From the NCBI GenBank assembly GCA_902768795.1, contig CACXMS010000004.1, forward strand, positions 10,978 to 74,977: a DNA stretch of 64,000 bases, read 5' to 3'. Positions within the stretch are counted from its first letter, which is position 1. Each line of letters begins with the position of its first letter. This DNA is from an uncultured Eubacteriales bacterium. GTDB lineage: Bacteria; Bacillota; Clostridia; Christensenellales; CAG-138. The position numbers were made by a program, and so were the translations under genes. The notes under the pieces are model-generated. The model searched no databases. It saw nothing but the letters and a program-made list of their open reading frames with translations, and was not told the DNA's origin. This document shows positions 1-8,345 of this stretch, one piece after another.

Positions 1-2606
1 AAACTCGGAACGCCTTTCACCAACGCGATCTGCAAAGTCTCCGTTTCCTCATACGCTTCATTCTTCCCGGTGTGCTTCTCGATTTTTTTGTATCCTTTGT
101 ATGTAATCTCCGTATAGGGAAGCAGCTCCCGACATTTTGCAAGCAGCGCTTCTCTGTCGCCGTTCCGATCCGGGATCGACTCCAGCAATCCTATGGCCTC
201 CGTAAGGGACATTTGCTCCGCTTCGTCGATTTGTCTGTAAACCGCATCGGCATACCGTTCGTCTGCGTCCAAAAATCCGGGAATCTTTTTGTACAATCCC
301 GCCGCTCCCGAGGGATTCTCTTCTTCCGCCAGTCTTGCATTGATATAGGTTCCGTATTGGGAAGCGTCCTGATAATCGCCGAGCGTAAAGAAGCATTTTT
401 TCGCGTCGGTCAGCGCTTCTTTTTCAAGCAAGGTCTTTCCGGCTGCATAAATGAGTTCCCGGTGTTTCTCGAGATACGATTTGGGGGCTGTTTGCAGAAT
501 ACTCACATCGATCTCGGATCCTGTCAATGCATTTCGGATCAATGCGTCATAGGATTGTTCCACGATCGCTTCCGATTCCCGATATCCGTTTAAAGCCGAA
601 AAAGCTTCGATTGCTTCCGTATATCTTTCACTTTCAAAAAGTGCAAGGGCTTCGGAATACGCTTTGTCAAGCTTCGCATTTTCGATCAGAGATTGACTGT
701 CCTGATAGTCGTCCAATCCATTCAGCAGTTCAATGGATTGATCGTACTCGCCGGCTTGATACCGTTCTTTTGCCCAAAGATACTTTCCGTTTATGACATA
801 CACCGCGCTGTCCTTATACCCGTTCAGCGCTTCAAACGCCGTGATTGCTTTCTCATACTGTCCGGCGTTATAAAGATTCATGGCAGCATTATACTTCTGA
901 TTCGGGATGATAACCGTTGTCAGCACGATGATAAGCGCAACGAAGGCAAGGATGCTCGCAAGAACGATCGCAATGATTTTCCTGCGCTTCTTGGCCGCCT
1001 TTTCTTCCGCGATCCGTTCTTCCTCCGCTTTGCGCTCGCGTTCCAGCCGATTCGCTTCTTCCTTCGCTTTGAGCGCTTCGATCTTACGCCGGCAGGCAAG
1101 AATCTTTTCCTCCGCGTCCTTCCAGCCGGGAATGCTTTCAAACAGACGGATCGCTTCCCGCTGCTTTTCGACGGAATCCACAACGGCCGCTTTCCATGCC
1201 CGGGAATAGATCCTGTTCTTCCGTTCCTCTTCCTCTTTCTGTTCGCACACGGCCGCTTGCTCTTTTGCGTCCTTATACGCCGAAATGCTTTGGAACGCGG
1301 CTGCGGCTTTTGAAAAATCATACGTGTCCTTCAGCCGGATCGCTTCCTGATAGGCGTTTTCCAGCCGCTCGTTTTCATTTCGCCCGTTGATAAAGGCGAT
1401 ATCTTCGGAAAGCTTTGCCTTCAGCTTTTCATCTCCGAAGCGGTATGCCTTTTTATAATTTCCGGAATCGTCAAACGGCTCGTCCGCGTTTTTCAGTCCG
1501 TCCCACGTCCGAACGCGCAGCTGTGCCATCAGCTTGCCGAGATATGCTTCCGCGTTTTCGGGGTCGAGGTCGAGGACTTTCTCGCAGTATTCGTCTGCGC
1601 TGTCCCATTCCCCGTCCTCCAGGAACATAAAGGCGCGGCGAAGCAGCGGCGCCGTATTGGTCTGCGCCGCCTGCTGAATGACCGTTTCGCGGACGGAGCT
1701 TTTCGGCTCGTCGGGCCTGACGATCTTTTTGATCCCGCGGATCAGATCCTGCATAAAGCCGAGCTTACTCATATCCTGCGCCTGCAGATGCGAAAACTCC
1801 TCCGGCAGATCGTAGGGGTCCATATCGCGGTACGCAGGGATCAGCGTCTTTTTCGCGCCCGCCTTAATCAGCGCAAGATACCGGCTCCACTCGTTTTTCA
1901 CCCAGACGGCGTTGAAATGCTCCGGCTTCGTGCCGAGGACGACCATTGCCTTTGCGGAGTTCAGCGCGGCAAAGATGTACGGCTCGTATGCCGTGCCAAG
2001 CTTGTCCTCAAGCGTGATGCGCGAGAAGAAGACCTTGAAGCCCTCGTTGGTGAGTTGATGATAGAGGTCTGTCGCAAGCACGGAATCCGGCGTGCGGCGG
2101 CCGTTCGTGTCGGTCTCCTTGTAGCAGATGAACACGTCAAACGGTTCTTCCTTTGCTGAGATTTCTAAGATTCCCTTCTGGATCTCGTTGATCGCCTTTG
2201 CCTCGTCCTCATAGACCGAGCGCTGCAGCGCGTCCGCGTTTTTCAGCGCGGATTTATAATCCTCGTCGTCGAAGATCGATGTGAACTGCGCGCGGTTGAC
2301 CGTCGGCACGCGGCGATGCGTTGCGGGGTCCTCCACGTACTCGATGCCGTAGCGGCACAGCACGATCGACCAGTATGTTTCGGCGTCGGTCGGATCCTCG
2401 TTTAAGATGTTCTCATAGATCGACATCGCCTTGTCGAACTCGTTGTTGCGGCGAAAATGGTTTGCGCGGTCGTAAAGATTCGTTTTGCGGTCGGAATCGA
2501 GCCGCGGCAGCGTCTGCTTCGTTCCGCAGCTGTCGCATACGCCGACCGTATCGCCCTCGTTGAACTCGATCGTGCCTCCGCACATTTTGCATTTGAAGAT
2601 TGCCAT
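1..2606 (-). CDS. Membrane-spanning TIR-domain protein (zinc ribbon, TIR, coiled coil, one TM helix, C-terminal GYKDS-type repeats); 3' end beyond window
   Basis: Own minus-strand translation from ATG 2604-2606 (AGGGGG RBS upstream) gives 868 codons with no stop to the window edge, hence absent from the ORF track. MAIFKCKMCGG..VCDSCG ribbon. FDVFICYKETD..VFFSRITLE..AVWVKNEWSRYL TIR-like core. KKRRK + IIAIVLASILAFVALIIVLTTVII TM helix. Then YEKAITAFEALNGYKDS-type repeats. Confidence 0.8.
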   Translation of the reverse strand, partial: MAIFKCKMCGGTIEFNEGDTVGVCDSCGTKQTLPRLDSDRKTNLYDRANHFRRNNEFDKAMSIYENILNEDPTDAETYWSIVLCRYGIEYVEDPATHRRVPTVNRAQFTSIFDDEDYKSALKNADALQRSVYEDEAKAINEIQKGILEISAKEEPFDVFICYKETDTNGRRTPDSVLATDLYHQLTNEGFKVFFSRITLEDKLGTAYEPYIFAALNSAKAMVVLGTKPEHFNAVWVKNEWSRYLALIKAGAKKTLIPAYRDMDPYDLPEEFSHLQAQDMSKLGFMQDLIRGIKKIVRPDEPKSSVRETVIQQAAQTNTAPLLRRAFMFLEDGEWDSADEYCEKVLDLDPENAEAYLGKLMAQLRVRTWDGLKNADEPFDDSGNYKKAYRFGDEKLKAKLSEDIAFINGRNENERLENAYQEAIRLKDTYDFSKAAAAFQSISAYKDAKEQAAVCEQKEEEERKNRIYSRAWKAAVVDSVEKQREAIRLFESIPGWKDAEEKILACRRKIEALKAKEEANRLERERKAEEERIAEEKAAKKRRKIIAIVLASILAFVALIIVLTTVIIPNQKYNAAMNLYNAGQYEKAITAFEALNGYKDSAVYVINGKYLWAKERYQAGEYDQSIELLNGLDDYQDSQSLIENAKLDKAYSEALALFESERYTEAIEAFSALNGYRESEAIVEQSYDALIRNALTGSEIDVSILQTAPKSYLEKHRELIYAAGKTLLEKEALTDAKKCFFTLGDYQDASQYGTYINARLAEEENPSGAAGLYKKIPGFLDADERYADAVYRQIDEAEQMSLTEAIGLLESIPDRNGDREALLAKCRELLPYTEITYKGYKKIEKHTGKNEAYEETETLQIALVKGVPS

Positions 2607-2681
2607 GCTGCCCCCTGTTGATCCTGTTCGCTTGCTTCCTGAACCTGCGCTTTGAACGCGCTTCTGCCCGAAAAGCCGGTC

Positions 2682-4184
2682 TTATGAAATGGTGTTCAGA
2701 TCGATCCAGAGCGCCGGGCGGACGGCGCCGTTCATGTTGCGAAGATAGCTGCCGAACGCGTTGACGCTGCCGTCGCTGCCGACCAGCGAAACGTAGTTCA
2801 CGCTGGTGCCGGACGTTCTCAGCCACCACCAGCTCGTGCCCTGCTCGCCGACAAACTCCTTGTTGCTCACCGCTGCGCCCTGCGCGATTGCGTACGCGGT
2901 CGCAACGCCTTTTCGCTGCTCATCCGAGGAAAAATACAGGTTCGCCTCCCGGATGCCGAGCACGAACACCTTATCGGGCGTATTCGGGCCGGCGGGCGTG
3001 CTGCGATAGGACGGGTTTTTCTCCCCGATAACCGTAGTGGTCCGGATCATCTTCTGCTCGTCCGCATTGAACGCGGCGCCCAGGAAGGTTCCGTTCAGCC
3101 AGCCGCGCAGAGAACAGGTGCTCCAGTTCGCGCTCGCAAAGACGGAATGGAACGGCTGACAGTCCAGCGCGTACCGGCTGATCACGAGAATCCGGTTGTT
3201 ATCCTTGGAAAGGACGGTCCATTCGATCGGCTCTTTCCCGTCTGCGGCGTCGTTGTCCTGCTCATAGCGGCCGAAAAGAACCGTATCCCCTTTCTTGGCC
3301 GTTTTGAGCGTGTCCCGATAATACAGCGGCATGGCTTCCTCTATCTTCGCCGCGCTCTCCCGGTAGCCGGACAGCGCCGTAAACGCTTCGATCGCTTCGC
3401 GGTACGAGCCGCCCTCCAGCAGCGCTTCCGCCGCGGCATACCGCTGATCGAGAATCGCATTTTGGCAGTTTACGATCTGCTGTGCGCTGTCCTTGTATCC
3501 GTCCAGCGCCGCAAACGCCGCGATCGCTTCCTCAAACTGTCCGGCTTCGTACAGCGCCAGCGCCGCGCCGTATCTGCATTCCGTGATCCTGTCTTCGCTG
3601 TCCTTATATCCGTTCATCGCCGTAAACGCCGCGATCGCTTCCTCAAACCGCCCGGCTTCATACAGCGCCGCCGCATCGTCGTACTTCTGATCCCGGATCG
3701 CGGTCTCGCAAGCTTCGATCTGCTGTTCGCTGTCCCGATACCCGTTCATCGCCGTAAACGCCGCGATCGCTTCCTCGTACCGCCCGGCTTCATACAGCGC
3801 CGCCGCATCGTCGTACTGCCGGTCCCGGATCGCCGTTTTGCACGCTTTTATCCGCTCTTCGCTGTCCTTGTATCCGTCCATCTCCGTAAACGCCGCGATC
3901 GCTTCCTCGTACTGCCCGGCTTCCGAAAGCGCGACCGCCTTGCCGTAATTGAGCTCCGGGAGGACGAACCGGACGGCCAGCACAGCCAGCGCGGCGATCA
4001 GCACGACGCACGCAACGACGACGCCGACAACGATCCCTTTCGATTTGCGCTTTTTTCCTGCGCCGCCGGTCCCCTCCGGCAGCGTCTGCTTCGCGCCGCA
4101 CGCTTTGCAAACGCCTTCCGTCTCTCCCTCGTTCCACTCGACCGTGCCGCCGCACTTATCGCATCTGATCTTCGGCATTTTCAT
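2682..4184 (-). CDS. Zinc-ribbon / single-TM / repeat protein with C-terminal DUF6273-like domain (paralogous scaffold to the TIR neighbour)
   Basis: 500-aa ORF; ATG 4184 with GGGAGAA RBS. RCDKCGGTVEWNEGETEGVCKACGAKQTLP ribbon, TM GIVVGVVVACVVLIAALAVLAV, five YEEAIAAFTxMxGYKDS repeats. C-terminal GDTVLFGRYEQD..IEWTVL..WSTCSLRGWLN resembles DUF6273 (recalled, not searched). Confidence 0.8.
   Translation of the reverse strand: MKMPKIRCDKCGGTVEWNEGETEGVCKACGAKQTLPEGTGGAGKKRKSKGIVVGVVVACVVLIAALAVLAVRFVLPELNYGKAVALSEAGQYEEAIAAFTEMDGYKDSEERIKACKTAIRDRQYDDAAALYEAGRYEEAIAAFTAMNGYRDSEQQIEACETAIRDQKYDDAAALYEAGRFEEAIAAFTAMNGYKDSEDRITECRYGAALALYEAGQFEEAIAAFAALDGYKDSAQQIVNCQNAILDQRYAAAEALLEGGSYREAIEAFTALSGYRESAAKIEEAMPLYYRDTLKTAKKGDTVLFGRYEQDNDAADGKEPIEWTVLSKDNNRILVISRYALDCQPFHSVFASANWSTCSLRGWLNGTFLGAAFNADEQKMIRTTTVIGEKNPSYRSTPAGPNTPDKVFVLGIREANLYFSSDEQRKGVATAYAIAQGAAVSNKEFVGEQGTSWWWLRTSGTSVNYVSLVGSDGSVNAFGSYLRNMNGAVRPALWIDLNTIS
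3321..3935 (-). repeat. Tandem ~132-nt (44-codon) intragenic repeats, about 5 units, two nearly identical at DNA level
   Basis: Units starting near 3601 and 3733 match almost base for base (..cgttcatcgccgtaaacgccgcgatcgcttcctc..cccggcttcatacagcgccgccgcatcgtcgtac..). Flanking units are more diverged. Confidence 0.8.
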
Positions 4185-4212
4185 TTCTCCCGTTTTTTAT
4201 AACTTACCTGAT

Positions 4213-4240
4213 ATTATATCATATTTTTCGAAAACGTAAA
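4213..4240 (-). promoter_or_regulatory. Sigma-A-type promoter for the 2682-4184 gene
   Basis: Minus strand reads TTTACG, 16 nt, TATAAT (preceded by TGA), about 28 nt upstream of the ATG. Confidence 0.5.
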
Positions 4241-4293
4241 GAGAATACCGGCTCTTCGCAAATCGATTGCGCCTCTTTCGGACGCAGAGCAGC

Positions 4294-4328
4294 AAAAAAA
4301 AGAAGATCCCCCTGTCAAAGGGATCTTC
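4294..4328 (-). terminator. Rho-independent terminator after the ABC exporter pair
   Basis: Minus strand reads GAAGATCCC, 9-nt loop, GGGATCTTC, then TTTTTTTT. Confidence 0.8.
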
Positions 4329-4402
4329 CAAGCGTGCCGAAGATGCTTTCGGAATGCAAAGCAATCTGTCGGGGAGGGCGAAAAGCGCCCGATCTATGCC
4401 GC

Positions 4403-6322
4403 TCAGCTCAACTCGAACGCGCCGGTATAGAGCTGATGATACTTGCCCTTTTGGGCCAGCAGCGCATTGTGTTCGCCGCGCTCGATGATCTCGCCGTGCT
4501 CGAGCACCATGATGCAGTCCGCGTTGCGTACCGTCGAAAGCCGGTGCGCGATCACAAATACCGTGCGTCCCTTCATCAGCGCGTCCATGCCCTTTTCGAT
4601 GAGCTTTTCGGTGCGCGTGTCGATCGAGCTTGTCGCTTCGTCGAGGATCAGCACCGGCGGATCGGAAACCGCGGCCCGCGCGATCGAGATCAGCTGCCTC
4701 TGCCCCTGCGAAAGGTTCGCGCCGTCCGCCACAAGCTGCGTGTTGTACCCCTCAGGCAAATGCGAGATGAAGAAATGCGCGTTCGCAATCTTGGCGGCAC
4801 GGATGCAGTCTTCGTCGGTCGCGTCGAGCCGGCCGTAGCGGATGTTCTCCATCACGGTCCCCGTAAACAGGTGCGTATCCTGCAGAACCATGCCGAGCGA
4901 ATGTCTCAGGTCGTCCTTTTTGATCTCGCGGACCGGGATGCCGTCGTAGGTGATCGTGCCGTCGGTGATGTCGTAGAACCGGTTGATCAGGTTCGTGATC
5001 GTCGTTTTGCCTGCGCCGGTCGAGCCGACGAACGCGATCTTCTGTCCCGGATGCGCGTACAGCGTTACGTCGTTCAATACCTGCTTTTTGCCGTCGTACG
5101 AAAAATCGACGTCGGTAAAGCGCACGTCGCCCCGCAGCGGGATCAGCTCATTTTCGCGCTTCCACGCCCATTTACCGGTGCGCCGCGCGGTTTCGGTCAG
5201 CGTTCCGTTCTTCTCCTCGACGCGCACCAGCGTAACCGTGCCCTCGTCCGTTTCGGACGGCATGTCGATCAGCGCGAATACGCGCTCCGCGCCCGCCAGC
5301 GCAAGCAGGATCGAATTGAACTGCATCGAAATCTGCGAAATGCGGTTGGCGAACTGACGGATGTACTGCAAAAACGCGATCAGAGCCGCGCTCTGCACAA
5401 GCAGGATCTGATGGCTTGCAAAGAAGGTTCCCTCCGCCAGAAACGGCTCCCCCGGCACGGGGGCGGCCAGCAGCACGCCGACCGTGCAGATCAGCGCGTA
5501 GAAGATGTGCGACAGGTTGTTCATCACCGGGCCGACAATGTTTGCGAACGTATTCGCGTCGGTGGCGACCGTGCAAAGCTCGCCGTTCATCGCGTCGAAC
5601 GCGGCGAGGCCCGCTTTTTCATGGTTGAACACCTTGACGACCTTCTGCCCCTCCATCATCTCCTCGATGTACCCGTTCACGCGGGAGATCGCCTTCTGCT
5701 GTTTCTGGAAGTTTTTGCGGCTCTTGCCGCCGATGATCCGGATCACATAGAAGATGCAGACGCACATCACGATCACGACGAAGAACAGCGGGATCGACAG
5801 ATAGATCATCATGCCGATATAGGCCACGATGCTCACGACCGAGATCAGCATCTGCGTGATCGAGTTCTGCACCATTTCGCGGACCGCGTCGATATCGTTG
5901 GTGTAATAGCTCATCAGTTCGCCGTGCGTGTGTCCGTCGAAGAACGATACGGGCAGCTTCTGCATCTTGGCGAACATCTCCTTCCGCATCGCGCACATGA
6001 TGCGCGCCGAGCACAGGAGCATCAGCCGGTTAAACAGAAAGTTCGTGCCGATGCCGATCGCGTACAGCGCGCCCATGCCGATCAAAAGCGCCGAATAGCG
6101 CGCGGTATCGGCGTTCGTCCCGGCCTCCAGAACCGCAACGAGCGGGTCGAGCATGTAATAGGTCAGCGTCGTCGCCGCGGAATACACTAAGATGCCCAGC
6201 AGCGCAAGTACAAGCTGCGCCTTGCACTCCCGATAGTACCCCATCAGCCGCACCAGCGTCTTCAGCGGGTTTTCGGCGTGTCTGCCGCCCATCTTGCTGT
6301 CAAACGAAGATCCTCTCGGCAT
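4403..6322 (-). CDS. ABC transporter ATP-binding/permease protein (type I exporter half-transporter)
   Basis: 639 aa. N-terminal 6-TM region. Walker A GSTGAGKTT, signature LSQGQRQ, Walker B ILILDEATS. Start overlaps the upstream stop (TAATG). Confidence 0.9.
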   Translation of the reverse strand: MPRGSSFDSKMGGRHAENPLKTLVRLMGYYRECKAQLVLALLGILVYSAATTLTYYMLDPLVAVLEAGTNADTARYSALLIGMGALYAIGIGTNFLFNRLMLLCSARIMCAMRKEMFAKMQKLPVSFFDGHTHGELMSYYTNDIDAVREMVQNSITQMLISVVSIVAYIGMMIYLSIPLFFVVIVMCVCIFYVIRIIGGKSRKNFQKQQKAISRVNGYIEEMMEGQKVVKVFNHEKAGLAAFDAMNGELCTVATDANTFANIVGPVMNNLSHIFYALICTVGVLLAAPVPGEPFLAEGTFFASHQILLVQSAALIAFLQYIRQFANRISQISMQFNSILLALAGAERVFALIDMPSETDEGTVTLVRVEEKNGTLTETARRTGKWAWKRENELIPLRGDVRFTDVDFSYDGKKQVLNDVTLYAHPGQKIAFVGSTGAGKTTITNLINRFYDITDGTITYDGIPVREIKKDDLRHSLGMVLQDTHLFTGTVMENIRYGRLDATDEDCIRAAKIANAHFFISHLPEGYNTQLVADGANLSQGQRQLISIARAAVSDPPVLILDEATSSIDTRTEKLIEKGMDALMKGRTVFVIAHRLSTVRNADCIMVLEHGEIIERGEHNALLAQKGKYHQLYTGAFELS

Positions 6323-8133
6323 TACGCATCCACCTCCTTCGTCTGCGACGCATAGACCTCGCGGTAGATCGTCGACCGCTGCATCAGCTCGTCATGCGTG
6401 CCCACGTCGGAAATCCCGCCGTGCTCCATCACGATGATCCGGTCGGCGTACATCACCGACGCGATGCGCTGCGCGATGATCAGCTTGGTCGTTCCCTGCA
6501 GCGACTCCCGAAGCCCCTTGCGGATGCGTTCGTCGGTCGCGGTGTCGACCGCGCTCGTCGAGTCGTCGAGAATCAGAATCTTCGGCTGCTTCAGGATCGC
6601 GCGCGCGATGCAGAGCCGCTGCTTCTGCCCGCCCGAAACGTTGCTCCCGCCCTGTCCGAGGTCGGTGTCGTATCCTTCCGGGAACTGCATGATAAAATCA
6701 TCCGCACAGGCGATCCGGCACGCTTCGCGGATCTGTTCGTCCGTCGCGTTCGGATTGCCCCAGCGCATATTCTCGCGGATGCTGCCCGAGAACAGCATGT
6801 TCTTCTGCAGCACCATCGAAACGCTGTCCCTCAGCTCGACGAGATCGTACTCGCGCACATCGTGTCCGTCGATGCGGATCGCGCCGTCCAGTACGTCGTA
6901 CAGCCGCGGAATCAGTTGAACAAACGTCGATTTGCCTTCGCCCGTGCCGCCGATGATGCCGACCGTTTCGCCGGCGTTGATGTTCAGACAGATATCCTTC
7001 AGGTTCAGCACCTCGGGATTGTTCGAATAGCTGAAATTGACGTGATCGAACTCGATCTCTCCGCGTGTAACCTTCAGCGTACTGTTTTTGGGGGAAACGA
7101 TGTCAAGCTCCTCGTTGAAAATCTCATTGACGCGGTCAAGCGAGGCCTTCGTCATCGAAAGGCCGATCACCAGGAACGACAGCATCAGAAGGGAGGAGAT
7201 CACCTGCGTCGAATAGCTCATCAGACTCGTGAGGTCTCCGATGTTCAGCGTCGATCCCGGCTCGATGACTTTCATGCCGCCGAGCGCAAGCAGAACCAGC
7301 GTACAGGTCCACATGATGCCGAGCTGAATCGGGTTCGCCAGCGAAAACAGCTTTTGCGCGTGAATCTGCGCTTTCTGGAGATCGTCGGCCGAATCGTTGA
7401 ACTTTCCGATCTCGTGCTTCTCGCGCACAAACGATTTCACAACGCGCGCGCCGATCAGATTCTCCTGCACCGCGCCGTTCATGCTGTCGTACTTCTTCAG
7501 CATGACTTCAAACCGCTTGAATCCGACGCGGATCATGACATACATCACCGCCGCGATCACGGGAATCGCGAACACGAAAATCACCGCAAGCTCCGCGTTG
7601 ATCCGAAACGCCATAGTCGCCGCGAGAATCAGCATCACGGGCGTGCGAACAAAAATCCGCAGAAGCTGCTGGTAGATGTTCTGGAGGTTGTTGACGTCGG
7701 TCGTCGTCCGCATCACAAGCGACGAGGTCTGAAACCGGTCGGTGTTGCGAAACGAGAACGACTGAATGCGTTCAAACAGCGCGTGGCGAAGGTTCTTCGC
7801 AAACCCCATGCTCGCCACAGCCGACGTGCGCGCCGCCAGCGCGCCGAACGTCAGCGAAAGCAGCGACGCCAGAACCATCAGCCCGCCGGTCCAGAGCACA
7901 AACTGCAGATTGTTTCCGATCGGCAGCAGCGAAAGAAGCTCCTTGAGCTGATAGGTTTCCTCGTGATACAGTCCGCCGTCCACGAGCGCCGCCATCAGAA
8001 GCGGAATCATCACCTCGAGCGCGACTTCGCCGATCATCAGAAACGGTGTGAAAAACGCAGGCAACCGGTACCCCGCCGTACAGGGCAGAAGCGCCGAAAT
8101 GCCTTGATACTTTTTTGTCGGTTTCCGTTCCAT
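6322..8133 (-). CDS. ABC transporter ATP-binding/permease protein (partner half-transporter)
   Basis: Walker A GGTGEGKST, signature VSGGQKQR, Walker B ILILDDSTS. The track start 8196 is a TTG lying inside the -35 box. Trimmed to ATG 8133 (MERKPTKK) behind an AGGAAG RBS. Confidence 0.85.
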   Translation of the reverse strand: MERKPTKKYQGISALLPCTAGYRLPAFFTPFLMIGEVALEVMIPLLMAALVDGGLYHEETYQLKELLSLLPIGNNLQFVLWTGGLMVLASLLSLTFGALAARTSAVASMGFAKNLRHALFERIQSFSFRNTDRFQTSSLVMRTTTDVNNLQNIYQQLLRIFVRTPVMLILAATMAFRINAELAVIFVFAIPVIAAVMYVMIRVGFKRFEVMLKKYDSMNGAVQENLIGARVVKSFVREKHEIGKFNDSADDLQKAQIHAQKLFSLANPIQLGIMWTCTLVLLALGGMKVIEPGSTLNIGDLTSLMSYSTQVISSLLMLSFLVIGLSMTKASLDRVNEIFNEELDIVSPKNSTLKVTRGEIEFDHVNFSYSNNPEVLNLKDICLNINAGETVGIIGGTGEGKSTFVQLIPRLYDVLDGAIRIDGHDVREYDLVELRDSVSMVLQKNMLFSGSIRENMRWGNPNATDEQIREACRIACADDFIMQFPEGYDTDLGQGGSNVSGGQKQRLCIARAILKQPKILILDDSTSAVDTATDERIRKGLRESLQGTTKLIIAQRIASVMYADRIIVMEHGGISDVGTHDELMQRSTIYREVYASQTKEVDA

Positions 8134-8166
8134 TTTTCTTCCTGAATTCCCCATATATTGTTTTAC

Positions 8167-8196
8167 AGTATAGCATATCCCCTCCCGAAGTTGCAA
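8167..8196 (-). promoter_or_regulatory. Promoter of the ABC exporter operon
   Basis: Minus strand reads TTGCAA, 18 nt, TATACT. Confidence 0.55.
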
Positions 8197-8263
8197 GCGA
8201 TCCGGCCGGCTTCACATATTTTTCACTTTGCGCGTTTTTCTGCGGGATTTCCCGGGATTTCAC

Positions 8264-8292
8264 TTGAATCGGAGGAAATAATCTGCTATAGT
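8264..8292 (+). promoter_or_regulatory. Promoter of the 8346 lipoprotein gene
   Basis: TTGAAT, 17 nt, TATAGT. Confidence 0.55.
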
Positions 8293-8345
8293 AAAAGAGC
8301 GGTGGGATTTTCCGCCGCAGTATCGGATCAAAAGGGAGATGTATC

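Noticed and set aside
2413-2829. ORF 2413-2829 (138 aa) bridging the two zinc-ribbon genes
   Set aside because: It overlaps both real genes out of frame, is Arg-rich and has no RBS.
1-4184. Calling the TIR gene a Thoeris or other named defence system
   Set aside because: No ThsA-type (SIR2/SLOG/Macro) or other known partner is visible, and the architecture differs from ThsB. The window edge also hides the downstream flank, so it is reported only as a candidate.
4334-8145. Long plus-strand ORFs 4334-6190 (618 aa) and 6394-8145 (583 aa), antisense to the ABC exporter genes
   Set aside because: Their R/A/D/H-rich, low-complexity translations have no recognisable motifs. They lie exactly opposite genes with clear Walker/signature motifs. 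This is the typical stop-codon-poor antisense frame of GC-rich DNA.
8134-8196. Upstream starts offered by the track for several genes (e.g. 8196, 20166, 39133, 39743, 47801, 49983, 56439, 58372, 59975)
   Set aside because: Some are non-ATG codons (8196 is a TTG inside the -35 box; 58372 is also TTG). All lack an RBS, and at least one runs through a promoter. Downstream ATGs with good Shine-Dalgarno sequences and sensible N-termini (signal peptides, conserved starts) were preferred.
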